A stretch of 64,000 bases of DNA from a virus. Its lineage: Duplodnaviria; Caudoviricetes. Both the position numbers and the translations under genes were made by a program. Below are positions 19,845 through 30,134 of the stretch, piece by piece. The notes beneath the pieces were generated by a model. That model worked only from the letters and a program-made list of their open reading frames with translations. It was not told where the DNA came from and ran no database searches. Each line of letters begins with the position of its first letter. The first letter of the stretch is position 1. The stretch lies in IMG/VR virus record IMGVR_UViG_3300011008_002712. One strand, given 5' to 3'.

Positions 19845-20573
19845 ATGATATATTTGATTACTGATACTCATCTTGGACATGAAAACATAAAACATTTGTG
19901 TGATAGGCCAGATAATTTTTCAGAATTAATCATAGAAAATTGGAAAAATATTGTATCTAATAATGACACAGTATTTCATCTTGGTGATATTGCATTTGGA
20001 GATGATTGGCTAAAAAAACTATTAGAATTGCCAGGCAAAAAAATTCTGATACGTGGAAATCATGATCAAAAATCAACTTTTGGATATATAAATGAAGGAT
20101 TTGATTTTGTCTGCAATGATTTTTCTGCAAAAATAGAAGGATTAGATATATTATTCAGCCATCACCCAAGATACTTTCATCATCATGACATTAACATACA
20201 TGGGCACATGCATAATCTTTCTAGAGAAGATTTTTCTTGTCTTCATCTTCCATTAAGTCTTGAAAACATGAATTATCAGTTAATACAATTCGATAAAAGT
20301 TTTGTCAATTCTATCAGAAAATGGAAGACTAATACTCAAACTCTTTCTGACATCATGGAACTTGGTCAGGGAGCTTTAGAACCAAGAGATGTAGATTTAT
20401 ATGGCCCGTCTAAAAATAAAGAAATCCATGAATTTAGAATATATAGAAGAACGAAAATGAAAGCATTAATAGATAAGCATTCTATTAATTACGAAAAAAA
20501 TAGAGATATTTTTGAAAAATATTTTGCTAATCCAGATTTATCAGAAAAAGAATTTTTAGAAAAATTTAATTAA
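19845..20573 (+). CDS. calcineurin-like metallophosphoesterase
   Basis: DTH, LGD, GNHD, SH and HGH motifs. Confidence 0.9.
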   Translation: MIYLITDTHLGHENIKHLCDRPDNFSELIIENWKNIVSNNDTVFHLGDIAFGDDWLKKLLELPGKKILIRGNHDQKSTFGYINEGFDFVCNDFSAKIEGLDILFSHHPRYFHHHDINIHGHMHNLSREDFSCLHLPLSLENMNYQLIQFDKSFVNSIRKWKTNTQTLSDIMELGQGALEPRDVDLYGPSKNKEIHEFRIYRRTKMKALIDKHSINYEKNRDIFEKYFANPDLSEKEFLEKFN

Positions 20574-20715
20574 ACTATTTACATATGATACAAAATATGT
20601 TATAATGAAGATAAAATATACAATATTGTTTCAATGAAATGGGCTAACTTGTTATATATGTACAACAAAAAGTAAAAACCAGATACATCCATTATAAACA
20701 TATTGAATAAATAAG

Positions 20716-21570
20716 GTGAAAACGATGATTGAAATTACTCAGCAATTTCATAACATTTTATACAACCAAATAGAGCAACTTCAATCTAAAAACAAAGTCA
20801 TTTTTGTAAAAGATTTCAATGGATTAGGCGAATATGAAATGAATTATATTCATGTTTTAAAATTGAAACCTCCAGTCAAAAATGTTGGGAAAATTGAAAA
20901 ACTAAATAACATAAATGAAAACAACTGCATATATATCTTGTGCACCTTGTTTATTGACAATTGTGAATATGTTGAATTCAAAAAAATTGAAAATAAATCA
21001 TATGACTATGAAATTGTTTTGCATGTTATTCCTAACAATTCACGCAAATTGCAGCACAAACTTAATTTAATAAGCAACTATTATTTATACGGAGAACAAG
21101 AAATTGCTTGTTTTTTTTATGAAACTGAATATAAAAATGATTGCAGTTTGTTAAATAAAAATAGTAACATTATTAACAAAAGACAAAAATACGGGAAAAT
21201 GTTTTATGATTTTTTAGTAAAAAACATAGATCCGATTCAAAAGAATAATAAAATTGCGTTATTGCATTCCAACTTTATGAATCATTATATTTTTTCTCAT
21301 GGATGGAAAATTAAGAAAAACATAAGAAAATTTGTGACAAAACAAGTAAATAATGAGTGGTTACAAATACATTGTAATTTAGAAAAAAATGATACAACAT
21401 CATTTGAATTCAAAGACAACAAAATCATCGCCTATGTTGAAGAAAATTGTTTTAATGATATTATCATATCAATGAAATGGGCTAGTTCATTGTATATGTA
21501 TAATGAAAAGTGGGAACCAGATACTCATTTTTTAGATAAATTTGGGATAAATAGCATTAATGTAATTTAA
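20716..21570 (+). CDS. hypothetical protein
   Basis: 284-aa ORF; promoter at 20578..20606. Confidence 0.7.
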   Translation: MKTMIEITQQFHNILYNQIEQLQSKNKVIFVKDFNGLGEYEMNYIHVLKLKPPVKNVGKIEKLNNINENNCIYILCTLFIDNCEYVEFKKIENKSYDYEIVLHVIPNNSRKLQHKLNLISNYYLYGEQEIACFFYETEYKNDCSLLNKNSNIINKRQKYGKMFYDFLVKNIDPIQKNNKIALLHSNFMNHYIFSHGWKIKKNIRKFVTKQVNNEWLQIHCNLEKNDTTSFEFKDNKIIAYVEENCFNDIIISMKWASSLYMYNEKWEPDTHFLDKFGINSINVI

Positions 21571-21580
21571 TGAGGCAAAA

Positions 21581-22081
21581 ATGAAACGATTAAAAAAATT
21601 AAAAACTAAATTGATAAAACAAATTCTATCTAGATGTGCCTTGGCGCCAAATTTAATTTCTTTAGATGAAATAAAGGATTGTGCATCATCACAAGGCTAT
21701 GATTTTTTATTTAATGAAACAAAATATAAGAAAAAGTCTGGAAACGATTATGCAGATGAATTTTCTTATGCAGCAACAATTATTAATGGAGAATTTCAAT
21801 GTTGTTTAGCAGAATATCATGAATACGAATGTATTGACAAAAACGACGCCAATTATGGTATTTTATTTACTATCGTTGCTATAGCTCCGATGAATGAACA
21901 AACACATCAAGCAGAAAACGGTTTTTTATCTATACAAATTTTTAAAAATTCAGCAATATATGTAAAAAATAACATATCTTGTATTAATAACCTTTATAAA
22001 ACTTTTTTAGATGAACCAGAAGACGAATCAGGAGATTATTTTAAATTTAAGCAAGAAATAAACGAAAAGATAAAAGAATGA
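21581..22081 (+). CDS. hypothetical protein with N-terminal KRLKK motif
   Basis: GAGG RBS. Confidence 0.7.
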   Translation: MKRLKKLKTKLIKQILSRCALAPNLISLDEIKDCASSQGYDFLFNETKYKKKSGNDYADEFSYAATIINGEFQCCLAEYHEYECIDKNDANYGILFTIVAIAPMNEQTHQAENGFLSIQIFKNSAIYVKNNISCINNLYKTFLDEPEDESGDYFKFKQEINEKIKE

Positions 22082-22170
22082 TTTGATCCTTATTTTTCAA
22101 TGTTCAATTTATGATTACTCAATTAGACGATTTTAAATACATAATTTATTAAAATGAAAGGAATGACAAC

Positions 22171-22854
22171 ATGTTTCAAGAATCACTAAATATTTTTATG
22201 CCATTAGAAAAAAATGTCGATTCATATCCATTAGATCATCTTATTGAGATGATTAATGAACATGGATTATTTGAATCTGAGCATTCTATGGCTATATCAT
22301 CTATTGATCATTACAGAAAATCTATTGTAAGAAATTATAATGCGAAAATTGATGTTTTTCAATGCATATTAAATGCTTTTGATGTTAACAACTTAAAAAT
22401 TCCAGTAATTTTTGATGATGAAATCAAAACGCTTGAATTTTTAACATCGTTGAAGTTAAATAAAACGATAAAGTTTTATAAAAACTATATAAAAGCAAAA
22501 GAAAATTACGATAATGCTATTGAAATGAAGCAGGACATTCAATTAGATGACAATATGATGACACAAAAAGAATATGCTAGAGCAGTATTGGATGCTAAAT
22601 TACAAGCATTTCATGAATCATCAAATCTTCATAAATTAGATTTTGAATCTAAAGTGCAGTTTTGTATTTTCCAAGAAAAGGTCTCAGAGACAGATGTATA
22701 TAAAAAATTGAAAAAATATCTTCAAAAACAAATTAAAGCATACCAGAAAAAAATAAAGCAAATTAATTCACTCGCAGAAGATGCTATTGATAGCATTGAA
22801 AATGATGAAGATATTGTTGAGAAAATCAATGATTTAAAGGAGTTTAAGCAATGA
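22171..22854 (+). CDS. coiled-coil hypothetical protein
   Basis: AAGGA RBS. Confidence 0.75.
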   Translation: MFQESLNIFMPLEKNVDSYPLDHLIEMINEHGLFESEHSMAISSIDHYRKSIVRNYNAKIDVFQCILNAFDVNNLKIPVIFDDEIKTLEFLTSLKLNKTIKFYKNYIKAKENYDNAIEMKQDIQLDDNMMTQKEYARAVLDAKLQAFHESSNLHKLDFESKVQFCIFQEKVSETDVYKKLKKYLQKQIKAYQKKIKQINSLAEDAIDSIENDEDIVEKINDLKEFKQ

Positions 22855-23639
22855 AATATATAAATGTATTGAATCATACATATGCTTCTTTGAGCGAAAA
22901 ATTGTTTTCCATTATTTATGATCTTTATCATACACCTTATGAAAACGATCTAAACGATTTCATGGAAGAATCTAAAAAAACATTAAGAAAACTTCTTTTC
23001 AACACACCAGAACAAATTGATGAAAGTGATTATGCATATCATAAACTTAATAATATTATTTATTATCAAAATGGTTTGTGCGAGTGCAATAATAAATATA
23101 TTGATCTTGGAACATTTACTCCGAAATCCAATATTGTCGAAGAAAACATAAGAAAAGTGCCAGATAATGCGGATGAAATTCTTAAATATGCAGAAAATAT
23201 TAGCCACATACATCCATTAGTAGCTTGCCAATTATTTAATTTTGCAAATCCCAATTATAAATTTAAACGTCTCTATAATGGATATAGAGGCAGTTTTGAA
23301 CGCATTATACATAATTGTGAAGTTATACAAAAAGAATTAAACGATCCTAATTCTAGCATGAATGATAGAAAAAAAGAGATCTACAACGATGGTAAGAAAA
23401 TAGCACTAGACATTATGTATCAGATTGTGTCAGATCATCATAATATAGTGCTGATAGATACTAATCATCTAGATGATTTCATAAAGACATATGATGAAAA
23501 ATATTTTGTATATAGCATGAATTTCACTTATGACGAAGAAAATTTTGTAGAATGCGGTAATATTATCATAGACTTCTTAAGAAATCAAAATGATGAAGTA
23601 ATAGATATCGCTGGAAGAATGAGAATATTAGACAGATGA
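22851..23639 (+). CDS. hypothetical protein
   Basis: AAGGAG RBS, ATGA overlap. Confidence 0.75.
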   Translation: MKYINVLNHTYASLSEKLFSIIYDLYHTPYENDLNDFMEESKKTLRKLLFNTPEQIDESDYAYHKLNNIIYYQNGLCECNNKYIDLGTFTPKSNIVEENIRKVPDNADEILKYAENISHIHPLVACQLFNFANPNYKFKRLYNGYRGSFERIIHNCEVIQKELNDPNSSMNDRKKEIYNDGKKIALDIMYQIVSDHHNIVLIDTNHLDDFIKTYDEKYFVYSMNFTYDEENFVECGNIIIDFLRNQNDEVIDIAGRMRILDR

Positions 23640-23980
23640 ATCTAGAACAAATAGTAAAACAAAAATTATTTCTTGCATTAAGAAAAAATCAAATGGTGTG
23701 CAATGAAATAAATTATTTGTATAATGAAAAAATTGATTATAATAGAAGCTATGATTTTTATGTGAGTAATCAATTATACATAAACGCTGAATTTCATAGA
23801 ATCACAGAGAACAGCGATTACACGATTAAAATCATGTTTGATACTGTTATCATATCATCATTTTCTAATTGTTCAAAAAATACATTTCATATAAATGAAA
23901 TTACAGATCATCCATTCTATCATTCTCTAATGATGATACATGATTTTAATGAAAAACGTATATATTTATATGGATTGTGA
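23636..23980 (+). CDS. hypothetical protein, GL-terminal group
   Basis: ATGA overlap; ends IYLYGL. Confidence 0.7.
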   Translation: MNLEQIVKQKLFLALRKNQMVCNEINYLYNEKIDYNRSYDFYVSNQLYINAEFHRITENSDYTIKIMFDTVIISSFSNCSKNTFHINEITDHPFYHSLMMIHDFNEKRIYLYGL

Positions 23981-24067
23981 AAAATAATGCACCAGACAAG
24001 GTTCTGGTGTAAATTTTTTAATGATTAGATTGACATTCTAAAAAATTAATGTAAAGTGGTGAAATAA

Positions 24068-24571
24068 ATGCCAGAAAAAACATGTAAGTTTGATTTTACT
24101 AGTTTTGGTTATTCTGTTATTGATGTAGCTAACTTCTTTTTAGCTATAGAAAAACATGAAATTCAAGAACAGATAACTCATCTCAAACTACAAAAATTAG
24201 TTTATTATTCTCAAGGAGCATCATTAGCTTTTTATAAGAAAACACTTTTCAACGAAGAAATTCAAGCTTGGTTGCACGGTCCTGTTTGTCCAAAACTTTA
24301 TGAATTTTTTGGATATAAAAACGATTTTCTTGATTTAAAAGGAACTGATAAAGAAAAAGTTTTGTCTTTATTCAGCAAAAACAAAAATGTTGAAAAGATA
24401 CTTATGGATTTATGGAGAGCTTTCGGAAGTTATAGTGGTTCAAGACTAGAAAACATGACTCATCAAGAAACAACATGGTTAGATGCTATAAGACATGGAA
24501 AAAGCACAGTAATTACTCCAGAAGCGATGTACAATTACTTTGTGCAGTTTCTACCAGAAGAAAATCTTTAA
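24068..24571 (+). CDS. Panacea (DUF4065/SocA/GepA-like) antitoxin-domain protein
   Basis: ITHLKLQKLVYYSQG...FNEEIQAW.HGPV...LENMTHQE..W; no adjacent toxin. Confidence 0.9.
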   Translation: MPEKTCKFDFTSFGYSVIDVANFFLAIEKHEIQEQITHLKLQKLVYYSQGASLAFYKKTLFNEEIQAWLHGPVCPKLYEFFGYKNDFLDLKGTDKEKVLSLFSKNKNVEKILMDLWRAFGSYSGSRLENMTHQETTWLDAIRHGKSTVITPEAMYNYFVQFLPEENL

Positions 24572-24576
24572 AATAA

Positions 24577-24609
24577 AAAGAGGCTGAGAATTTTGTTCTC
24601 AACCTCTTC
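24577..24609. terminator. bidirectional terminator
   Basis: AAGAGGCTGAGAA/TTCTCAACCTCTT hairpin between convergent genes. Confidence 0.6.
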
Positions 24610-24614
24610 TATAT

Positions 24615-24914
24615 TTATCTGTGATCGTATCGTTTCACCATGCCATTTGGATATCTTAACATGATCCCAGAAAATATAGCGTTGTTGTCCCAGCTTTTTT
24701 TATTATGTTCTGAAATGTAATTAAGAGCAAAACTGATTGCTTCGTCTCTTACTTTTTCAAATCCATACTCAACTGGAAATTTTTTGTTGATAATACTTCT
24801 TTCTGTCATTGCTGGCCAGTCATCAAGACTCTTTTTTGGCTTAACCATGATTGCACAATCGATTTGAGGAACACCGTGACAAGAATCTGAATAAACGCTT
24901 GAGTCATATAACAT
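24615..24914 (-). CDS. hypothetical protein
   Basis: GAGGGG RBS. Confidence 0.7.
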   Translation of the reverse strand: MLYDSSVYSDSCHGVPQIDCAIMVKPKKSLDDWPAMTERSIINKKFPVEYGFEKVRDEAISFALNYISEHNKKSWDNNAIFSGIMLRYPNGMVKRYDHR

Positions 24915-24926
24915 TGATTTTCCCCC

Positions 24927-25268
24927 TCAGTTATTTTGCTTATAATTAGCTGCTTCTGTAACTACTTCTTGTTCTGAAACAAAGCTATAAAAAATTGGTT
25001 TATTATATAATTGTTTTAATGTATCATCCAGTTCAGATATTTCTTCGCTAACATCAAAAATATCATCATTGTTCCATGATGCATCAAGTCGTTCTTTTAT
25101 CAAACGTATCATTTCTTGTCGTGATGCGTACAAGATGATTACAGAATTTCCTGTAATAAGATGAACTTGTAACGCACAAAGCTGAGGATTTTTATCATCG
25201 GCAGCAAATGAATATGCAAGAATTTTATCTTTTGGAATACTGTGCACAGGGGTTACAATTAAATTCAT
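24927..25268 (-). CDS. hypothetical protein
   Basis: AAGGAG RBS. Confidence 0.75.
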   Translation of the reverse strand: MNLIVTPVHSIPKDKILAYSFAADDKNPQLCALQVHLITGNSVIILYASRQEMIRLIKERLDASWNNDDIFDVSEEISELDDTLKQLYNKPIFYSFVSEQEVVTEAANYKQNN

Positions 25269-25280
25269 GTTTGTCTCCTT

Positions 25281-25580
25281 TTATGAAATATTTCCATTGC
25301 TGGCAACTCGCCGCAAAGAACGTCCATCGCCATTATACATGATTTCTACATCATAATACGTTGGCAAACTTTCGAGTTGTGATTTGATGTCTCCAGCTGT
25401 CATCCCATAACTGTCACCAGAGACTACCAATCTTGCACAAGAACCAAGATCATCAACTCTCAAAATTCCCAAGTCGTTATATTTAATCTCTGTCCCATAA
25501 CTGACATTGCCAAATTCTCTAGCAGCAGTTTGAATGTTCATAACCATCCTCCTTTTAAAAGCATTTATATTTGTCATCAA
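25281..25580 (-). CDS. hypothetical protein
   Basis: AGGAGG RBS indicates an internal start (MVMNIQ). Confidence 0.7.
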   Translation of the reverse strand: MMTNINAFKRRMVMNIQTAAREFGNVSYGTEIKYNDLGILRVDDLGSCARLVVSGDSYGMTAGDIKSQLESLPTYYDVEIMYNGDGRSLRRVASNGNIS

Positions 25581-26061
25581 TCAAATATTTAGTTATTTTT
25601 CGTTCTGCCCAATCGCAGTCAGATTCATCACTCCCCATAATAAGCATGCTTTTGTCATTAAATAAAAATTGCTTAATTAATTCTTTGCTTTTTAAGATAT
25701 CAATCAGCGCATCGTTTTCATCTGGTGCAGATTGATGATCTATATAAGCATCAAAATCTTCAATATCCTTTTTTATTTGTTTAAAATCTAAATGGCATTT
25801 AGTTTGCTCAAAAAATATATCGTCTATATTCTTAAGATATGTTTCGTCTTTTGAATAAAGAGCAGCGATACAAATAAAATTCAATTTGCTGTTGAAATCA
25901 TGAAATTCTTCCCATGTCCTGCCAAATTCTTTTGAACCGCTTTTGCCAACAGCATAAATATTGTTAATATTTTTTTTATAATTAATGTCATTTTTGCATA
26001 TCGCTATAAAACTAGACGAAGAAGAATTTGTTACAAAATCATATCTTATTTTCATTAACAA
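25555..26061 (-). CDS. FVTNSSSSSF-motif protein
   Basis: MKIRYDFVTNSSSSSFI; also YIDHQS. Confidence 0.8.
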   Translation of the reverse strand: MLMKIRYDFVTNSSSSSFIAICKNDINYKKNINNIYAVGKSGSKEFGRTWEEFHDFNSKLNFICIAALYSKDETYLKNIDDIFFEQTKCHLDFKQIKKDIEDFDAYIDHQSAPDENDALIDILKSKELIKQFLFNDKSMLIMGSDESDCDWAERKITKYLIDDKYKCF

Positions 26062-26399
26062 AAACCTCCAAATTTTATGTTTTCTGTGTTTTTGAATTCC
26101 AACTCATAAAATATGATATCGAGATCGTTATCCGATTCATTTGTTACTTCTTGAACACTAACATTCCAATTATTAAGCTTCATATTACAAGATTTGTTAT
26201 TTCGACGTATATATGTCTTTAAATTTTCTTTAATGTCTTTTATAGAAGATTCAAGATAGTTACTTTTTTTGACAGAGCTAATTTGCTTTGAATTAATCTT
26301 AATAAAATTTTCTATCTCTTCTTCAGTAACGTTATCGTTTGTAGCAATAATAAAAGATGAACTAGAAGAATTTGTAACAAAGTCTTTTCTAAATTTCAT
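26055..26399 (-). CDS. FVTNSSSSSF-motif protein
   Basis: MKFRKDFVTNSSSSSFI. Confidence 0.8.
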   Translation of the reverse strand: MKFRKDFVTNSSSSSFIIATNDNVTEEEIENFIKINSKQISSVKKSNYLESSIKDIKENLKTYIRRNNKSCNMKLNNWNVSVQEVTNESDNDLDIIFYELEFKNTENIKFGGFC

Positions 26400-26457
26400 A
26401 TCTTATCATCCTTTAGAATAGAGAACTAAAATTTTTTCCTCTTATTACAAAGGTTGG

Positions 26458-26785
26458 TTACCTTGACGGGTTCCAAAAAGACCAATTACCTTGACATGCT
26501 CCCAAATATTTTTCAATTATTTTAGCTTCTTTGTCTGAAATGGTATTGATAGTAAAAGCATTGACAAAATGCTTTATTGAATTGTACCAAACTTCTTGGT
26601 TAGAACCACAAGAAAAACAATATTCTTTGTCATTTTCATCTTTAAGAATCTCATCAAATGTTTTGTATGTATAACCTCTTTCAGCAAGATCATCAAGTAT
26701 ATAATTCTTTTTCGTTATTGTAAATACAATATCCAAACAAATCCATTTCATCAGCCCAATTGCCTTTATATGTAACTAAAACCAT
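26458..26785 (-). pseudogene. probably frameshifted hypothetical gene
   Basis: GAGGAG RBS and ATG 26785 give MVLVTYKGNWADEMDLFG..., which stops at 26693; the remainder is in another frame (ORF 26458..26751). Confidence 0.5.
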
Positions 26786-26799
26786 AACTTTTCTCCTCT

Positions 26800-27441
26800 T
26801 TAAAATTTATTATCAATAATAAAAACTTCTTCAAATCCTTCTTCTTTTTTAGGAAGAGATTCAAATTTTTTCATTTGCTCAATAACTTCTCTAGGAACAT
26901 AACGGCCATAAACGTCTTCTCCATTGTAAGTATCTACTACTGTTGCAGCTCGTTTTTCTACTCCTCTATAACATTCGTCAACTGTTTTGTTAATGTATAT
27001 GGAGTAAATAGGGATTCTCTTGTTAATTCTTTGTATTTCGGTTTTTCTTTGCTTTGAATTAAAGTAAGTTGCATCAAAAATGATGCCTTTGCAGTTTGAA
27101 AAATCAATAGTATGCAAATAATCTTTTGCATATAATTGATTCTGCACAGACATCTTAGAATCGTCAATATAAGAAATTACTAAATGTTTCGCAAAATAGC
27201 TGTTTATCATAGACTCAATAACAGGATGAACATCTCTATTGAATTTCATGAGATATTCATCCAAAAGTGTCTCAGGTTTGTCTCCATATTTTCTACGTGC
27301 AAGTTCATAACGAATTACGTCTTTACAAATATAAAGAAAATCTTTATTCACAAATGTGCTTGCAATGGTAGACTTTCCAGCACCAGGAAGACCACCAAGA
27401 ATAATTGCGATATTATCAATATTCAGCAATTTATTGTACAT
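26800..27441 (-). CDS. polynucleotide kinase-like P-loop kinase (AAA_33)
   Basis: GLPGAGKST, D..R, DAT and R..R motifs, C-terminal P..EEGF. Confidence 0.85.
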   Translation of the reverse strand: MYNKLLNIDNIAIILGGLPGAGKSTIASTFVNKDFLYICKDVIRYELARRKYGDKPETLLDEYLMKFNRDVHPVIESMINSYFAKHLVISYIDDSKMSVQNQLYAKDYLHTIDFSNCKGIIFDATYFNSKQRKTEIQRINKRIPIYSIYINKTVDECYRGVEKRAATVVDTYNGEDVYGRYVPREVIEQMKKFESLPKKEEGFEEVFIIDNKF

Positions 27442-27508
27442 TTGTTTTCACCTCTTATATATTATATCACATATAAAAACAAAAGTACACAACGATTTAC
27501 TTAAAAAT

Positions 27509-28063
27509 TTAACTTGTTGCAATAAAGTCTTGGAACATTTTGTAGTATTTGTTTTTGTCATAATCTTCTTTATTTAGATATTGAGAAAAAGTTTCATAAT
27601 ATGTTTTATTTGTTTTTCCAACATTGTCTATTGATTTCCATGGATGAAAATTTTCATTTTTAAAAAAAAGAATAGCGCCGTAATTCATATACCTTTGGTA
27701 TTCAAAAAATTTATCATCTGGTAATGTCACTTTTAGTTTATAGTGATTGTCAGTTTTTAATAACAAAATTTCTATTTTTTCATCAACGAATAAATCGCAT
27801 TCAATGTATATGTTTTTATCATCAAAATCAAGTGTGTTGCCATCATAATTAAAAATTCCAGAAATGGCTACGTTTTTATCCTTTGAAAATCGTTCTGGTG
27901 TTATGAACATGTCATACTCGTGAATTAAAAAAACGACATTCGATTGTTTTGTTAACGGTTGGATTTTGTTTTTCATAAACATATAGAAAAATTTGCTTAA
28001 CTCATTGTTTATGTAATTGTCTATGAGAAAATCTTTTTCATTTTGATCGAGTTTTAATTTCAT
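27509..28063 (-). CDS. hypothetical protein
   Basis: GAGGA RBS. Confidence 0.7.
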   Translation of the reverse strand: MKLKLDQNEKDFLIDNYINNELSKFFYMFMKNKIQPLTKQSNVVFLIHEYDMFITPERFSKDKNVAISGIFNYDGNTLDFDDKNIYIECDLFVDEKIEILLLKTDNHYKLKVTLPDDKFFEYQRYMNYGAILFFKNENFHPWKSIDNVGKTNKTYYETFSQYLNKEDYDKNKYYKMFQDFIATS

Positions 28064-28102
28064 TTTTGTCCTCAGTACGATTTACTCAAAATAAATTTCA
28101 AA

Positions 28103-28753
28103 TTAATACTGCTTTTTATCTGTTTTTACTGCTTTTATAGAATCTAAAAACATTAGATATATGAGTTCTCTTTCTATTACAAACGTCTCATATCTTTTGC
28201 CAAGTTCTTTAAATTTGCTTAATTTTTCGGGAAATTTATTATGTTTGTCAATGTGGGTGAAAATTTGTCGCGGTTTGTACATATCTCTCATTTGATCTTT
28301 TGAAATATATCTTCTTTCGTTTCCACTTATGATAAGGTAATCACATGTTTTTAGCTTTTTTAAATTTGGAATATGTCCATTATTCCAAGTATTGTGTCTT
28401 ATAGCATATAAACATTCTTGTTGAGAAAAACATTTGTCATTAGAAAAAAATTTACAAATAAAATAACTTAATTCATCATCTTTATGTTCTTCAATATATT
28501 TAATAAAATTTTCTTCTGCTGGCCTAATTAAAGATCTTAATCGTTTTTCGATATATTCTTCATATAAACATGCTACACTTCCGGAAAATGAACGTCCCCA
28601 GTCTATGTTATTGATTATGTCACTTATCATGTCTTTATCATCTTTCATAAATTTTTTGATTGCATATTCTGTGTAATGTTTTTTGATAAAATTATTGATG
28701 CTATAACTAAAATCATAAGTATCAAATTTTCTAAAAAAAGCATGTAAGTTCAT
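28103..28753 (-). CDS. hypothetical protein
   Basis: 216-aa ORF. Confidence 0.7.
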   Translation of the reverse strand: MNLHAFFRKFDTYDFSYSINNFIKKHYTEYAIKKFMKDDKDMISDIINNIDWGRSFSGSVACLYEEYIEKRLRSLIRPAEENFIKYIEEHKDDELSYFICKFFSNDKCFSQQECLYAIRHNTWNNGHIPNLKKLKTCDYLIISGNERRYISKDQMRDMYKPRQIFTHIDKHNKFPEKLSKFKELGKRYETFVIERELIYLMFLDSIKAVKTDKKQY

Positions 28754-28755
28754 GT

Positions 28756-29109
28756 TTATAGTCCTTTATACACTAAATCATTGTCAATGCACTTGTTGAC
28801 TAAATTTTCTAATTCATCGAAATAGATAATTTCATCTTCAATTTTGTTATTAATAGTTTTTATGATTTTATTCATCAACTCATTATTAATAACAAATTGC
28901 ATGGGCAACGAATATGATTTTCTACTATTTTTTATGCAAAAAACTTTATAGTGCTTTCCATTTTTCAAGGCTATTTTGCAAGATAAATTTAGATACGTTG
29001 ATTCGTTAAAGATATTGTCACACTCTATGAACATTTGTATTTCATATACAACATAATTATGTTTATTGCTTTTTACGCAGCAATCATCTTCCCATTCTTC
29101 ATATTTCAT
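28756..29109 (-). CDS. hypothetical protein, GL-terminal group
   Basis: Promoter plus AGGTG RBS; ends LVYKGL. Confidence 0.7.
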   Translation of the reverse strand: MKYEEWEDDCCVKSNKHNYVVYEIQMFIECDNIFNESTYLNLSCKIALKNGKHYKVFCIKNSRKSYSLPMQFVINNELMNKIIKTINNKIEDEIIYFDELENLVNKCIDNDLVYKGL

Positions 29110-29188
29110 TATCTACATCACCTATTTCAATTATATCACATAATCATTTCAATGTAAATAGCTAAACACATCATTTAACAAAAAATTA

Positions 29189-29217
29189 TGTACACACTAT
29201 GATTCTTATGTTATATT
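29189..29217 (+). promoter_or_regulatory. sigma70-like promoter
   Basis: TGTACA-N17-TATATT, extended TG. Confidence 0.55.
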
Positions 29218-29386
29218 ATTATTAACATGGTCACACTTCTTGTCGCGAAGATACGGTCCGGCTGCTTAAGATTCAAGTCTTGGTAACTCTTGACAAGAGC
29301 TTTTGCATACCGTGAAGTTGGTCGTTAGCGGCTAGAAAGGAAAGTTTCGGTCAAAAGATCAAGTGGGTCGCTGAAATATACTGATC

Positions 29387-30013
29387 ATGAATATTTTAAT
29401 TAGAGGTGATTTGTTTTTCACGGTGAACGTCGTTATGAACAAAATTCAGAAAACGTTAGCTGCAGCAGCTGTTGCTGGAGTATTATTTGGAGGATACGCA
29501 CATGCACAGCTACTAAGCAAAGTCGATCGGATGGAAACTCAGAGAAGTAATGACATAGTCATGATTAATTCTCTTACTGAGAAGAACGAATCTCTGATAA
29601 GCGAAAATAACGTCTTGAAACAAGATCTCCAAGCAGTCCAAGAAGAAAAACTAACGCTTGAAGAAGAAATTGAAAGACGTTCTCGCCAACCGGTATCGCG
29701 CGGTAATGGAAGAAGCATCGACGTTGAAGTAACAGCATACACGCTCGGCGGGAATACCGCTACTGGATTTAATTTGTCCGGACGCTCTCGCGAAGATGCG
29801 ATGGTCATTGCTGTGGATCCAAATGTCATTCCATTAGGCACCCAAGTCTATATAGAATTTGATGATACTTGGAGCCACTACAACGGAGTCTATACTGCAA
29901 GTGATACTGGTGGTGCCATCAATGGTCATGTTATAGACATTTTTGTCGGTCATGGCAATGATGGAGAGGCAATGCAATTTGGTCGGCGCACCGCCACAGT
30001 AAATTTTATCTAA
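29387..30013 (+). CDS. 3D-domain (MltA-like lytic transglycosylase) protein with signal/anchor and coiled coil
   Basis: VTAY..TATG..IAVDP.VIPLGT..A.DTGGAI.G..IDIF; start probably a few codons downstream. Confidence 0.92.
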   Translation: MNILIRGDLFFTVNVVMNKIQKTLAAAAVAGVLFGGYAHAQLLSKVDRMETQRSNDIVMINSLTEKNESLISENNVLKQDLQAVQEEKLTLEEEIERRSRQPVSRGNGRSIDVEVTAYTLGGNTATGFNLSGRSREDAMVIAVDPNVIPLGTQVYIEFDDTWSHYNGVYTASDTGGAINGHVIDIFVGHGNDGEAMQFGRRTATVNFI

Positions 30014-30134
30014 TTTAAAAACGCATGGATGCTAAAACATCCATGTCGGCAATCATATAAATCATAAACGGACCGTACTTTGTACGGTCCATAGTTTTAT
30101 ATACATCTATAAATAAAAGGCGCTTGTCAGTGAC

